Shown one piece after another: positions 9,160 to 18,320 of a stretch of 60,276 nucleotides of DNA. Positions within the stretch are counted from its first letter, which is position 1; each line of letters opens with the position of its first letter. Source of the DNA: Eubacteriales bacterium (GTDB taxonomy: Bacteria; Bacillota; Clostridia; Lachnospirales; JAKSVV01); the NCBI GenBank assembly GCA_031549455.1, contig JAVBPT010000007.1, positions 1 to 60,276 of the forward strand, in the 5' to 3' direction. The notes under the pieces are model-generated. The model did not search any database, was not told where the DNA came from, and was given only the letters and a program-made list of their open reading frames with translations. The translations under genes and the position numbers were made by a program.

Positions 9160-12100
9160 ATGAAAAAAATTTTAGCAATATTGACGTTTGGCGTCTTGTT
9201 TATATATATTTTAAGAATGAATGTGACAGCGAGTGAGAATAAGATTGTTCGAGTGAGGAATCTGCAAATCACAAACCCCGGAGTTGTATATATCCCGGGA
9301 GAAAAGGTCAAGATTGACCTCTCTTTTAGTGATGCGATACAGGTAGACAATTATACCTTATTAAAACTAACACTGGAGCTCGGACTCAATAAGGACAGAC
9401 AAGCCACTTGTAAAGGGGTGAGTGGGAACACGATCCGTTTTGAATATACGATTCAAGATGGGGATGATGCTTTAAGCATCAAACATAGAAGAGATGCACT
9501 GAAATTAAATGGTGCGGTTATTACGGCTGTGGATGGAACCGTAAACGGGGCAACCCCAGCCTGGTATGAGCCTGGAGCGATTGTGTCTCGAGAGATTCGG
9601 GATGGGGTAAAAATCATCAAGGTGGATGACGCACAGGTCACGACATCAGAAATCGAAGGAGAGAATCAAACACCTGTATTGATCCTTGGAAATCTAAAAA
9701 GAGGAGAAAAGGTAACCATCCGTGTCAACGATGAGGAACTAAGCGATCAAGTGATGCCTCATCCGACCGTTGAGACGAGTCTGCCAAGGGTGGAATGGGC
9801 AATCCCTTTCACAGAAGAGTTTTTGTTGGGGGACAATGAAATAACAGGCGCGGTGACAACAGTAGACGGGAAGACGTTTGCAATAGAACCATTTACATAT
9901 ACGTATATAGACGTGAATGCACCGGAGATTGTATCCGTTGTGATATCGGACTATCCGAATGAGGAAGAATTTATAGAGGGAGAAAAGGCAACCATCACGG
10001 TTACCTTTAATGAAAAAATCAAGGGAGGAACCCCTAAGATCAGTTTTGGGGGCGTATTAACGTTAGCCAAAACAACAATGGTCAAAGTGAGTGATACGGT
10101 ATATCAATACGAGTATACGATTCCAAACACGGTAAAAGGAGAGGTAAAGGTCACCATCACCGGTGCAGAGGATTTGGCGGGCAATGTGATGGAGGATGCG
10201 GAGGAGATTAAAACATTTAAGGTGGCACCACTTGAGATTGATATTTACCTTACCTGGGAGGAAGCCACAGTGGGTGAGCAACAAATCTATGTGGAATTTA
10301 ATCGACCCATGAGTGAAGAGGTCGTGATTTCGGTCAAACAACAAGGAAGCGCCTTGACGGATGCCGTCAATTTCAACAACACCCTTCCGGACTTCGCTTA
10401 TAAGACGGACAATAAGGATCAGTATTTTAGAATCTGCCGGATCTGCTCGGATGGTTATCAGGGAAATGAGGACGGTGATGCGACTGTAAGCGTTCTTTTA
10501 AATGGAGTAAAGGCAGCAGAGAAAAGCTTTTTGGTGACAACCGGGACGCTACCAACTATTCCGACAGGGTACTATTATAAAGGCGGGAATATGTCGGAAG
10601 GCTATATCATTAGTGATATAGAGAATGATCAAGAGGATAAAGGCAACCAATTTGTTTGGATTCCGGCAAACGGATATAAGAATGGCGGTTTTTGGATTGG
10701 ACGATATGAGGCCTCTGGAACAGGAGCCTATAATGATACAACAGGTGCCTATGCAGGGGATGCACAAAGTAAGAAGGGATATATGCCATGGGTGGGAATC
10801 ACGCCCAATAGTGCAAGGCAGAAGACATCCAACTTCATTCCCGGAAACAATCCAGAGGTATATAGCAGGTCGGTCACAGATGAAGAGTGGGTTTTGATAT
10901 TTAAATATATTGCGCAAGAGAAGAATCTTACGAAATTTAAAAATGCCTCTTTTTTACGAGAGGTGGGCAATTATCAAGATAGTGTCATTCCGGGTACAAG
11001 TACAGCGGCTCCGGGAAGAGGGGAGAGACAAGTATCAGGGTTTCATGACTATTGGCAGCTCATGAATATTTATGATCTGGTTGGGAATGTGAATGAACAG
11101 ATGTATTCAGGTTCCACAGATTACGTGCTTACGCGGGGAGGACATTTTAAGCAATCGGCAGCTGGATTTCCACCACTTGCTGGGACGAGTCCAAGCGCGA
11201 CCACATCGGCGGACTGGAGAGGTTTTCGAATAGCGATGTTCTATAAGGAAAGCGTACAAATGACTCCAAGTCTGGGGGGAGAACTATTTGAGCGAAGTGG
11301 AGTGGGATCGAATACTGTGGCAGAAGGATATGTGGTAACAGATGAACCAAGTGGACTAGCAGGAGGAAATGAGTTTGTTTGGGCGCCAAGCGAGGGCAGC
11401 CCAAATGGGGGATTCTTTGTGGGAAGGTTTGAGGCGAGTGCAGAGGGGGAAGGACATAAGAAGACAGCCACAAGTAAACATGGCGTGGATGTAGCGGTGA
11501 ATGTAAGCTATTATGATGCCTCCATGGTAAGTTTTAAGTATGCCAAGGAAAGTGACCTCTTCACAAGTAGATTACTCACGGAGAAAAACTGGCAGGATAT
11601 ATTAGAACTTATGGCTGGGAAAGATGGGGATAATAAGTGGTACAATGACGTCAATGTAAGAGGAAGTGAACGGTATACTGTGTGGCAGGATGGGACAACC
11701 TGGGGGAATTATACCAATAGTGTGGCGCCTGCGAACATTTTGGGAGTAGGCGTGGAACAAGTGACAGGATACAGTGGCCTGGAAGGAAGAGGAGATGTTT
11801 GGTCCAAGAAACACATTCATGATCTTGCAGGAAATATGTTTGAGTGGATCCATTCGACAAGGACAGACTTTTCAGCGGATGGAATGGCACTGAAGGGTGG
11901 TGTTGTTGCTATAGAACTAGAGGATGCAAGCTATGCATCTTCTTCCCGCTCTGTCACTGCTACCGCAAAAATACCGTTAATCGGTTTCCGGTATGGATTA
12001 TTTTATAAGCCCGAGAGGTCAACGGATGTAACAAAACCAACCGTGAGCAAGATAGAGCTTTCAAAGTCGATTGAGGAATTGGGGTATACGAAGGGAGAAG

Positions 12101-14463
12101 AGATCACCATTCTTGTAACCTTTAGTGAGCCACTCAAAAATGGCACACCAAGGATCTCTTTTGATGGAGACGTCGTCTTATCCAAAACAGACATGGTAAA
12201 AACAGCCACCAATCAATACAAGTTTACGTATACCGTTCCAAATTATGATGGGGGAACGGTGGAGATCAATATAACTGACGCGGAGGATCAGGCAGGAAAT
12301 GTGATGAACGATGCGAATGCAATTAAAACCTTCGAGATGCTTCCGCTAGAGACGGACATCTATTTTACCTGGGATGAGGCCACAGTAGGAGAACAACAAA
12401 TATTTGTGGAGTTTAATCAAGCAGTCTTAGATGAAGTGGTTATTTCTACAAAGCAACAAGGAAGTGTGCTAGAAGAAGCGATTAACTTTAATTATATTTC
12501 ATCACTCGGCTATACTTCCAAAGAGGATAACAATTATCAGTACTTTAGGAACTATAGAATTCGTTCGGATGGGTATCAGGGGAATGAAGATGGAGAGGCA
12601 AAGGTAAAAGTGGTCGTAGATGGGAAAGTGGTAGCAGAGAAAAGTTTTATGGTTATAACCGGAATCTTACCTCCGATCCCAACAGGATATTATTATAGAG
12701 AGGGAAGCATGTCAGAGGGGTATGTCATCAGTGACATAGAGGATGACAAAAATAACGAAGGTAACCAATTCGTTTGGGTTCCGGCAAATGGATATAAGAA
12801 TGGAGGTTTCTGGATTGGGCGGTATGAGGCCTCTGGAACAGGAGCCTATAATTCGGGCACGGGGACTTATGCAGGGGATGCACAAAGTAAGAAGGGATAT
12901 ATGCCATGGACCAAAATTAGCCCCAATTCGGCCATTCAAAAGGCTGATGCTTTTATTACGAATGGAGAAGTGTATAGCAGACTGGTTACTATGCAGGAAT
13001 GGTATTTAATTTACAAGTATATTGCACAGGAGAAGACGCTCAATTGGTTTAACTCATCTCTTTCGAAGACAATAGGAAATTATAAAGATAGCGTCATTCC
13101 GGGTACAAGTACGCCGGTTCCGGGAAGAGGCGTAAAGCAGGTAGCGGGCTTTAGTGACTACTGGAAACAGATGAATATTTATGATCTGACAGGCAGTGTG
13201 AATGAGATAACTTATTTTGGACATCAGCAGTACATTACAATTTATGGTGGAAATTATCAGGAAAATGCGGCAGATTTTTCACCACTTGGTTTTAATAATC
13301 TACTTGCCACCTCGGCACAAGACTGGACAGGATTTAGATTGGCCATGTTTTATAAAGAAGAGGCCACTGCTCCACCGTATTTGGCGGGGGTAGATCTAAG
13401 AGAAAGACAAGAAATTACATCAAATACGCCAACAGGTGGATATGTGGTAACAGATGAACCAAGTGGACTAGCAGGAGGAAATGAGTTTGTTTGGATTCCC
13501 AATGAGGGTTATTTAAATGGAGGCTTCTTTGTGGGAAGGTTTGAGGCGAGCACAGATGGCGCTGGGCGCAATATAGTGGCGGAAAGTAAACAGGGCGCAA
13601 ACCTTGTTACGGACATCAACTATTTTGGTTCAGCTATGTTAAGCTTTAAGGTTCTAAAAGATGAAGACCTCTTTACAAGTAGATTGCTTACGGAAAAGAA
13701 TTGGCAGGATGTACTAGAATTTATAGCAGGGAGAAGAGCGAATAACACATGGTATACAGATGTCACCGCCACGACTAGTGAACGCTATAAAGTCTGGCAG
13801 AATGGGACCACATGGGGAAACTATATAGGAAACGAGGTTCCGGCTAATATCGCTGGAAGCGGAGAGATGCAGGTGGCCGGATATAGCGGTCTAGAAGGAA
13901 GAGGGGATGTGTGGTCTAAAAAGCATATCCATGATCTTGCAGGAAACGGATCAGAATGGTTACACTTTCCGGCTTCAAACTATGTAAATGGTCCTTCCTA
14001 TATTGCGGGATATTATTTTTCTGGGTCATCGGAGTCAGGAAAAAAGGCAACTGCCACGGCGGCGGTGCCTGCGAAAACGGGAATAACGAACTATTTAACT
14101 TTCCGTTACGCCTTATTTTATAAACCGCGAGCAGTAATCGATACCACAAAACCGATCGTGACCAAAGTGGAACTCTCTAAGCCGGCTATTGGGCCAGAGT
14201 ATGCAGCGGGGGAAGAGATTACCATCTTGGTAACCTTTAGTGAGCCACTAAAGAATGATACGCCAAAGATCTCCCTTGACGGACCTATTAGTACGGTGAA
14301 AACGGATATGGTGAAGACGGCCACCAACCAGTACAAATATACCTTCCCTCTCCCAAACAGCAGCGGAGGTATGGTAAATGTAAGCATAACGGATGCAAGC
14401 GATTTTTCGGGAAACATTATGCTGGATGCAGAAAATGTAATAAGCTTTAGCGTTATATCGTAA
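9160..14463 (+). CDS. Secreted 1767-aa surface protein with Ig-like domains and four FGE-sulfatase/C-type-lectin-like domains; paralog of 1..4155
   Basis: Signal peptide MKKILAILTFGVLFIYIL. Two tandem ~700-aa modules [Ig-Ig-CLecA-CLecB] plus a terminal Ig, with the same GN(E/Q)FVW, GGFxxGRxE, DLxGxxxE and FR motifs. Confidence 0.78.
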   Translation: MKKILAILTFGVLFIYILRMNVTASENKIVRVRNLQITNPGVVYIPGEKVKIDLSFSDAIQVDNYTLLKLTLELGLNKDRQATCKGVSGNTIRFEYTIQDGDDALSIKHRRDALKLNGAVITAVDGTVNGATPAWYEPGAIVSREIRDGVKIIKVDDAQVTTSEIEGENQTPVLILGNLKRGEKVTIRVNDEELSDQVMPHPTVETSLPRVEWAIPFTEEFLLGDNEITGAVTTVDGKTFAIEPFTYTYIDVNAPEIVSVVISDYPNEEEFIEGEKATITVTFNEKIKGGTPKISFGGVLTLAKTTMVKVSDTVYQYEYTIPNTVKGEVKVTITGAEDLAGNVMEDAEEIKTFKVAPLEIDIYLTWEEATVGEQQIYVEFNRPMSEEVVISVKQQGSALTDAVNFNNTLPDFAYKTDNKDQYFRICRICSDGYQGNEDGDATVSVLLNGVKAAEKSFLVTTGTLPTIPTGYYYKGGNMSEGYIISDIENDQEDKGNQFVWIPANGYKNGGFWIGRYEASGTGAYNDTTGAYAGDAQSKKGYMPWVGITPNSARQKTSNFIPGNNPEVYSRSVTDEEWVLIFKYIAQEKNLTKFKNASFLREVGNYQDSVIPGTSTAAPGRGERQVSGFHDYWQLMNIYDLVGNVNEQMYSGSTDYVLTRGGHFKQSAAGFPPLAGTSPSATTSADWRGFRIAMFYKESVQMTPSLGGELFERSGVGSNTVAEGYVVTDEPSGLAGGNEFVWAPSEGSPNGGFFVGRFEASAEGEGHKKTATSKHGVDVAVNVSYYDASMVSFKYAKESDLFTSRLLTEKNWQDILELMAGKDGDNKWYNDVNVRGSERYTVWQDGTTWGNYTNSVAPANILGVGVEQVTGYSGLEGRGDVWSKKHIHDLAGNMFEWIHSTRTDFSADGMALKGGVVAIELEDASYASSSRSVTATAKIPLIGFRYGLFYKPERSTDVTKPTVSKIELSKSIEELGYTKGEEITILVTFSEPLKNGTPRISFDGDVVLSKTDMVKTATNQYKFTYTVPNYDGGTVEINITDAEDQAGNVMNDANAIKTFEMLPLETDIYFTWDEATVGEQQIFVEFNQAVLDEVVISTKQQGSVLEEAINFNYISSLGYTSKEDNNYQYFRNYRIRSDGYQGNEDGEAKVKVVVDGKVVAEKSFMVITGILPPIPTGYYYREGSMSEGYVISDIEDDKNNEGNQFVWVPANGYKNGGFWIGRYEASGTGAYNSGTGTYAGDAQSKKGYMPWTKISPNSAIQKADAFITNGEVYSRLVTMQEWYLIYKYIAQEKTLNWFNSSLSKTIGNYKDSVIPGTSTPVPGRGVKQVAGFSDYWKQMNIYDLTGSVNEITYFGHQQYITIYGGNYQENAADFSPLGFNNLLATSAQDWTGFRLAMFYKEEATAPPYLAGVDLRERQEITSNTPTGGYVVTDEPSGLAGGNEFVWIPNEGYLNGGFFVGRFEASTDGAGRNIVAESKQGANLVTDINYFGSAMLSFKVLKDEDLFTSRLLTEKNWQDVLEFIAGRRANNTWYTDVTATTSERYKVWQNGTTWGNYIGNEVPANIAGSGEMQVAGYSGLEGRGDVWSKKHIHDLAGNGSEWLHFPASNYVNGPSYIAGYYFSGSSESGKKATATAAVPAKTGITNYLTFRYALFYKPRAVIDTTKPIVTKVELSKPAIGPEYAAGEEITILVTFSEPLKNDTPKISLDGPISTVKTDMVKTATNQYKYTFPLPNSSGGMVNVSITDASDFSGNIMLDAENVISFSVIS
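9950..14450 (+). repeat. Internal tandem duplication of about 2.1 kb within the 9160 gene
   Basis: Identical tracts 11326-11382 = 13438-13494 (57 nt, offset 2112) and 10750-10791 = 12868-12909 (42 nt, offset 2118); repeated protein motifs. Boundaries are approximate. Confidence 0.85.
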
Positions 14464-14521
14464 TCAAATAAAGACATAAAAAATGCACCTTCGAGTGCAT
14501 TTTTTATGTCTTTATTTGATT
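14462..14521. terminator. Bidirectional terminator: perfect 27-bp inverted repeat with 6-nt loop
   Basis: AATCAAATAAAGACATAAAAAATGCAC-CTTCGA-GTGCATTTTTTATGTCTTTATTTGATT between convergent genes. Confidence 0.85.
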
Positions 14522-14525
14522 CTCT

Positions 14526-15869
14526 TTATATTTTTAAAATCCACTTTGCAATCGAAAAGTAGGCAAAGAGAGAAGCACCGTCCACAATAGTAGTGATGAG
14601 TGGGGCCGCCATGATGGCTGGGTCGATCTTAAGCTTTTTTGCAATAATCGGTAGGATACAACCCACACTCTTTGCCATGAGTACTGTGATAAATAGACTG
14701 CATGTGACCGTAAGAGAAAGGACTGCACTCCTTCCGTACATAAAATAGATACGGACAAAATTGATTAGACCTAAAGCGGCACCACACAGAATGCCTACCC
14801 GTAATTCTTTCCAGAATACTTTTAAAATATCACGCGTACGGATTTCGTCTAGCGCCATCCCACGAATGATCAGCGTGGAGGACTGTGAACCGGCATTCCC
14901 GCCGGTATCCATCAACATAGGGATAAACACAACAAGAGCGGGTAAAATCGCAAGAGAGTCTTCGAAACCCGCGATAATGCCTCCGGTGAGTGTGGCAGAA
15001 AGCATGAGGACAAGAAGCCAAATAATACGGTTGCCAGCCAGTTTTATAACACTTGTTTTCAGATAGGGCTCATCGGATGGATTCAGTGCGGCCATCTTTT
15101 CAAAGTCTTCTGTGTTTTCTTCTTCAATGATCTGCACGATATCATCCACAGTGACAATCCCAACAAGTCTTTCTTCTTTATCCACAATGGGAAGAGAGAG
15201 AAAGCCATACTTCTTAAAAGTATCTGCAATCATTTCTTGGTCATCTGTTGTATAGGCGAATACCAGGTTGGTGTCCATGATGTCCTCAATCTTATCATTG
15301 GGGTTTGAGAGTAGTAATGTTTTGGCGGTCACCACGCCTACCAGCTTTTTATCCCGTCTAATGACATAACAGGTATAAATGGTCTCTTTGTTGACACCCT
15401 TTTCTCGGATATGCTCAAAGGCCTCTTTCACTGTACTCGTTTCCTTTAGGTCCACATATTCTGTGGTCATAATGCTTCCGGCAGATTCTTCAGGATATTG
15501 TAAAATCTGATTAATGGTTTTTCTTTTTTCAGCATTAACATTCTCAAGGACCCGTTTTACCACGTTTGCCGGCATTTCCTCAATGAAGTCCACCGCATCA
15601 TCCACGAACAAGGTGTTCATGATCTTACTCACTTCATTATCCGTCAATGCCTCCACGATAATCTGTTGTTTTTCTGGGATAATGTAGGCAAAGACTTCAG
15701 CAGCAACATCCTTTGGAAGGAGTCTGAAAATTTTGACGGTTTTCTCATGATCAAGCTCTTCAAAGATATCTGCGATATCAACCTCATTCATATCAGATAG
15801 CAGCTCCTTCAATTTCCTTAGGTTGAGTTTTTCTTCATTGACTAATTCCAAAATATTTTCTTCCATCAC
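14526..15869 (-). CDS. mgtE: Magnesium transporter MgtE
   Basis: N domain, YPEESAGSIMTTEY, CBS pair, RIIWL, GGNAGSQS, DPA..AAPLITTIVD. Confidence 0.95.
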   Translation of the reverse strand: MMEENILELVNEEKLNLRKLKELLSDMNEVDIADIFEELDHEKTVKIFRLLPKDVAAEVFAYIIPEKQQIIVEALTDNEVSKIMNTLFVDDAVDFIEEMPANVVKRVLENVNAEKRKTINQILQYPEESAGSIMTTEYVDLKETSTVKEAFEHIREKGVNKETIYTCYVIRRDKKLVGVVTAKTLLLSNPNDKIEDIMDTNLVFAYTTDDQEMIADTFKKYGFLSLPIVDKEERLVGIVTVDDIVQIIEEENTEDFEKMAALNPSDEPYLKTSVIKLAGNRIIWLLVLMLSATLTGGIIAGFEDSLAILPALVVFIPMLMDTGGNAGSQSSTLIIRGMALDEIRTRDILKVFWKELRVGILCGAALGLINFVRIYFMYGRSAVLSLTVTCSLFITVLMAKSVGCILPIIAKKLKIDPAIMAAPLITTIVDGASLFAYFSIAKWILKI

Positions 15870-16060
15870 ACACCTCGCAATAAATCTTTATTCTTATTAT
15901 AAGAGTATTTTTTAATTATAAAAGTATTTTTGAAAATTTTTATGTCATTTCCCTTCTTTTTTTAAATAAAAATGGCATACGATTTTTGAATCCTGTGACA
16001 AGAAGAACTAAAAAATCTTATCTCTAAGTGATATAAATAGGATAAAAGAGGACGGACAAA

Positions 16061-17155
16061 ATGGTCAAGGAAAAGTTTAAAGTACCGAACCGTATCAAAC
16101 AGTATGGGAAAATTGATCCGGATATTAAAATATATGTTGAGAATAGTGTATGGATGTTCATTCGAATGATTAAAGAAAAAATGTACTTGGGTAATAAGTA
16201 TTTGGCACTGGTGGGGCGATACGAAAAAGCGCAGAACTTTACCAACCTAATTATAGAAGGTGTCATCAATTGTAATTGTAAAAGTTATGTTCGGTTAGAT
16301 GATTACTTTACGAAACAGGTACGCGGATATATTGATATGCAGGTTAAAAAGTATTTCGATGAGGGTACAATAGTGGGCTTAATCAATGTTTCGGCCTTTC
16401 CGGAGACGGACCTTGATAAGCAGGAGGCGTTAAAACAGATTTATCAAAAAATATTTAGAGAAGAGGCAAATGTGCTTTGCATTGCCAATACAAAGCAAAA
16501 CATAGAGGAGTTTTATTATTTAAAGGATGCGTCTTTAAAAAAGGCGAGTGGATATTATGTTTTTAATGCTCCAAATGAGAACATGAAAAGCTATATCGAG
16601 AACACAAAAGAGGAGCTAGAAAGAGAGCTCAATATTATGTTAAAGGATGGTGAGGATATGGGAAAAAGTGAAGAGGAAGAATTGGTAGTACCAAGCAAGA
16701 GGAAGAGAGAGGGAGGCGGAATGGTTGTGGGCATGACGGCCGTGCTCTTTATTCTCTGCATTATTCTAGGGCTGGGACTAATTCAGAACATGGATAAGGT
16801 TAGGATGCTGGAATCCAAGTATAACGATCTGCAGACCACCTTCTTGGGGTTTAGAGAGAACTTGGATGTCGGAGATACAACCGGGAACTATTTGGGAAAC
16901 ACACTGCAAAGTGGGTATATCGATCCCACAACGGTTGAAAAGCCAAATGATGAGCTGCAAGAAGTGAGTACAGTCATCTCGGGAGGCGATAAGAAGTACA
17001 CGAGTCATGTCGTAGAAAAGGGCGAAAATCTAAAACAGATTAGTATGAAATATTATGGCACCACAGAAAAATCAGAAGCCTTAAAGAATGCAAACGAAAT
17101 CGAAAATGAAAATTTGATTTATGTGGGACAAGAATTGATCATACCACTTGATTGA
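16061..17155 (+). CDS. Membrane-anchored LysM peptidoglycan-binding protein
   Basis: One TM helix (MTAVLFILCIILGLGLI) and C-terminal LysM HVVEKGENLKQISMKYYG...IYVGQELIIP. Confidence 0.8.
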   Translation: MVKEKFKVPNRIKQYGKIDPDIKIYVENSVWMFIRMIKEKMYLGNKYLALVGRYEKAQNFTNLIIEGVINCNCKSYVRLDDYFTKQVRGYIDMQVKKYFDEGTIVGLINVSAFPETDLDKQEALKQIYQKIFREEANVLCIANTKQNIEEFYYLKDASLKKASGYYVFNAPNENMKSYIENTKEELERELNIMLKDGEDMGKSEEEELVVPSKRKREGGGMVVGMTAVLFILCIILGLGLIQNMDKVRMLESKYNDLQTTFLGFRENLDVGDTTGNYLGNTLQSGYIDPTTVEKPNDELQEVSTVISGGDKKYTSHVVEKGENLKQISMKYYGTTEKSEALKNANEIENENLIYVGQELIIPLD

Positions 17156-17216
17156 CAACTCCTCTATTAGTTGTAATATATAGCATTTCTTATGCAGAAA
17201 GAGAGGTGAAAGAATT

Positions 17217-17254
17217 AAAAAAGGTGTTTAAACAAATGTTTAAGCACCTTTTTT
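17217..17254. terminator. Intrinsic terminator
   Basis: AAAAAAGGTGTTTAAACA / TGTTTAAGCACCTTTTTT arms. Confidence 0.8.
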
Positions 17255-17474
17255 AGGTATCAAATTATGCATGAAGATAGATTGACATAGCATTAGAATT
17301 GCAAATTCATTTCACGAATTTGTGTCTGCTATATTGGCAGAAGCCCGAAATAAGATTAGAATATTTTAAAGCAGGTATAGTAGGGATATCGTTTATTGGT
17401 ATATTAGAAACATTATGTTTTTAACAAGGCAGAAGCTATCTTTAAAAGTATTTTACAAAATTTCCCAATATATA

Positions 17475-17503
17475 TTGACTTCTGATGAAGAGTATATTAT
17501 AAT
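17475..17503 (+). promoter_or_regulatory. Sigma-A promoter
   Basis: TTGACT (17475-17480), 17-nt spacer, TATAAT (17498-17503). Confidence 0.7.
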
Positions 17504-17533
17504 AATAAAAATAGAATGAGAGGAGAATATATA

Positions 17534-18124
17534 GTGTTAAAGGACTTGTTTAAACGCAGAGAGAAAACGTCTGAGATCCCCCAAGTTATTTTTGAGAGCA
17601 AAGATTTAAAATTAAGAATCGGGATATGGCTAGGAGACGCTGTTTCGCAAAAAGTGGCTTCAAAGGACATTGCAGCTCGATTTGGTTCATTGTTAAAGAT
17701 GGTTGGAGTTGATGGTGCGAAAACTTGTACCGTTGGACAATGTAAAGTGCTGAATCCGTTCGGTAAAAGAAAATTAGATAACTTATTGTTTAACTGTGAT
17801 TTTGGTGGTGACAGAGAAAATGTTACAATCCAGTTGAATTTTGGAGATTGGATGGACCGTTCTCCTGAATTTATCATAGACTCACGTTCTAGGAAAGCCA
17901 GCGATGTATATAATTATTTTAAAGTGGATAGTGACAATTCAATACACTTTGAGCTAACACCTTTTAAGAGAGCAAAAATTGAAAATGATGAGACTGTTGA
18001 AGTGGCAAAAAGTGTAGAAGGTATTAGTGAAGGTAATGGCCCTATAGAAACTATTGACGAAGTGGATCATGAAATTCCGGAATTTTCTAATAATCTGCCC
18101 TTTTTAGAAAGTATTGTTGAATAA
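17534..18124 (+). CDS. Hypothetical protein
   Basis: AGGAG RBS (17521-17525) before in-frame GTG 17534; own promoter; acidic C-terminal tail; no recognised family. Confidence 0.6.
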   Translation: MLKDLFKRREKTSEIPQVIFESKDLKLRIGIWLGDAVSQKVASKDIAARFGSLLKMVGVDGAKTCTVGQCKVLNPFGKRKLDNLLFNCDFGGDRENVTIQLNFGDWMDRSPEFIIDSRSRKASDVYNYFKVDSDNSIHFELTPFKRAKIENDETVEVAKSVEGISEGNGPIETIDEVDHEIPEFSNNLPFLESIVE

Positions 18125-18271
18125 AAAGATTATCTTGTAACCATGACATTTTACCCTTAGATGATCTCTAATCCTTTTCTGGGTTCAATCCCCCGCCCTC
18201 TAGGGTGCAGCAATATGTTTTCCAACAGAAAAGCGTTATCTATACTTTTTATGGACTTTGGCGAGCCAAAA

Positions 18272-18320
18272 AGAAGAGGTTGTCTTCTGTTTTGTTTTAG
18301 GACAGCCTCTTCTAATTTTT
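18272..18320. terminator. Bidirectional terminator
   Basis: AGAAGAGGTTGTCTT / AGGACAGCCTCTTCT stem between convergent genes. Confidence 0.7.

Noticed and set aside
1-14463. Complete diversity-generating retroelement
   Set aside because: No reverse transcriptase or Avd-like ORF and no non-coding template repeat in the window; differences between domain tips are not restricted to adenines.
15870-16060. M-box (ykoK) riboswitch upstream of mgtE
   Set aside because: The region is short, very AT-rich and shared with a divergent gene; no M-box motifs or terminator seen.
17229-17242. LexA-box-like TAAACAAATGTTTA (also GGACATATGTTT near 47201)
   Set aside because: Each has two mismatches to GAAC-N4-GTTC; the first is simply the apex of a terminator stem.
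18181-18201. tRNA gene
   Set aside because: Only a partial T-arm-like string; no acceptor stem, D arm or anticodon arm can be formed.
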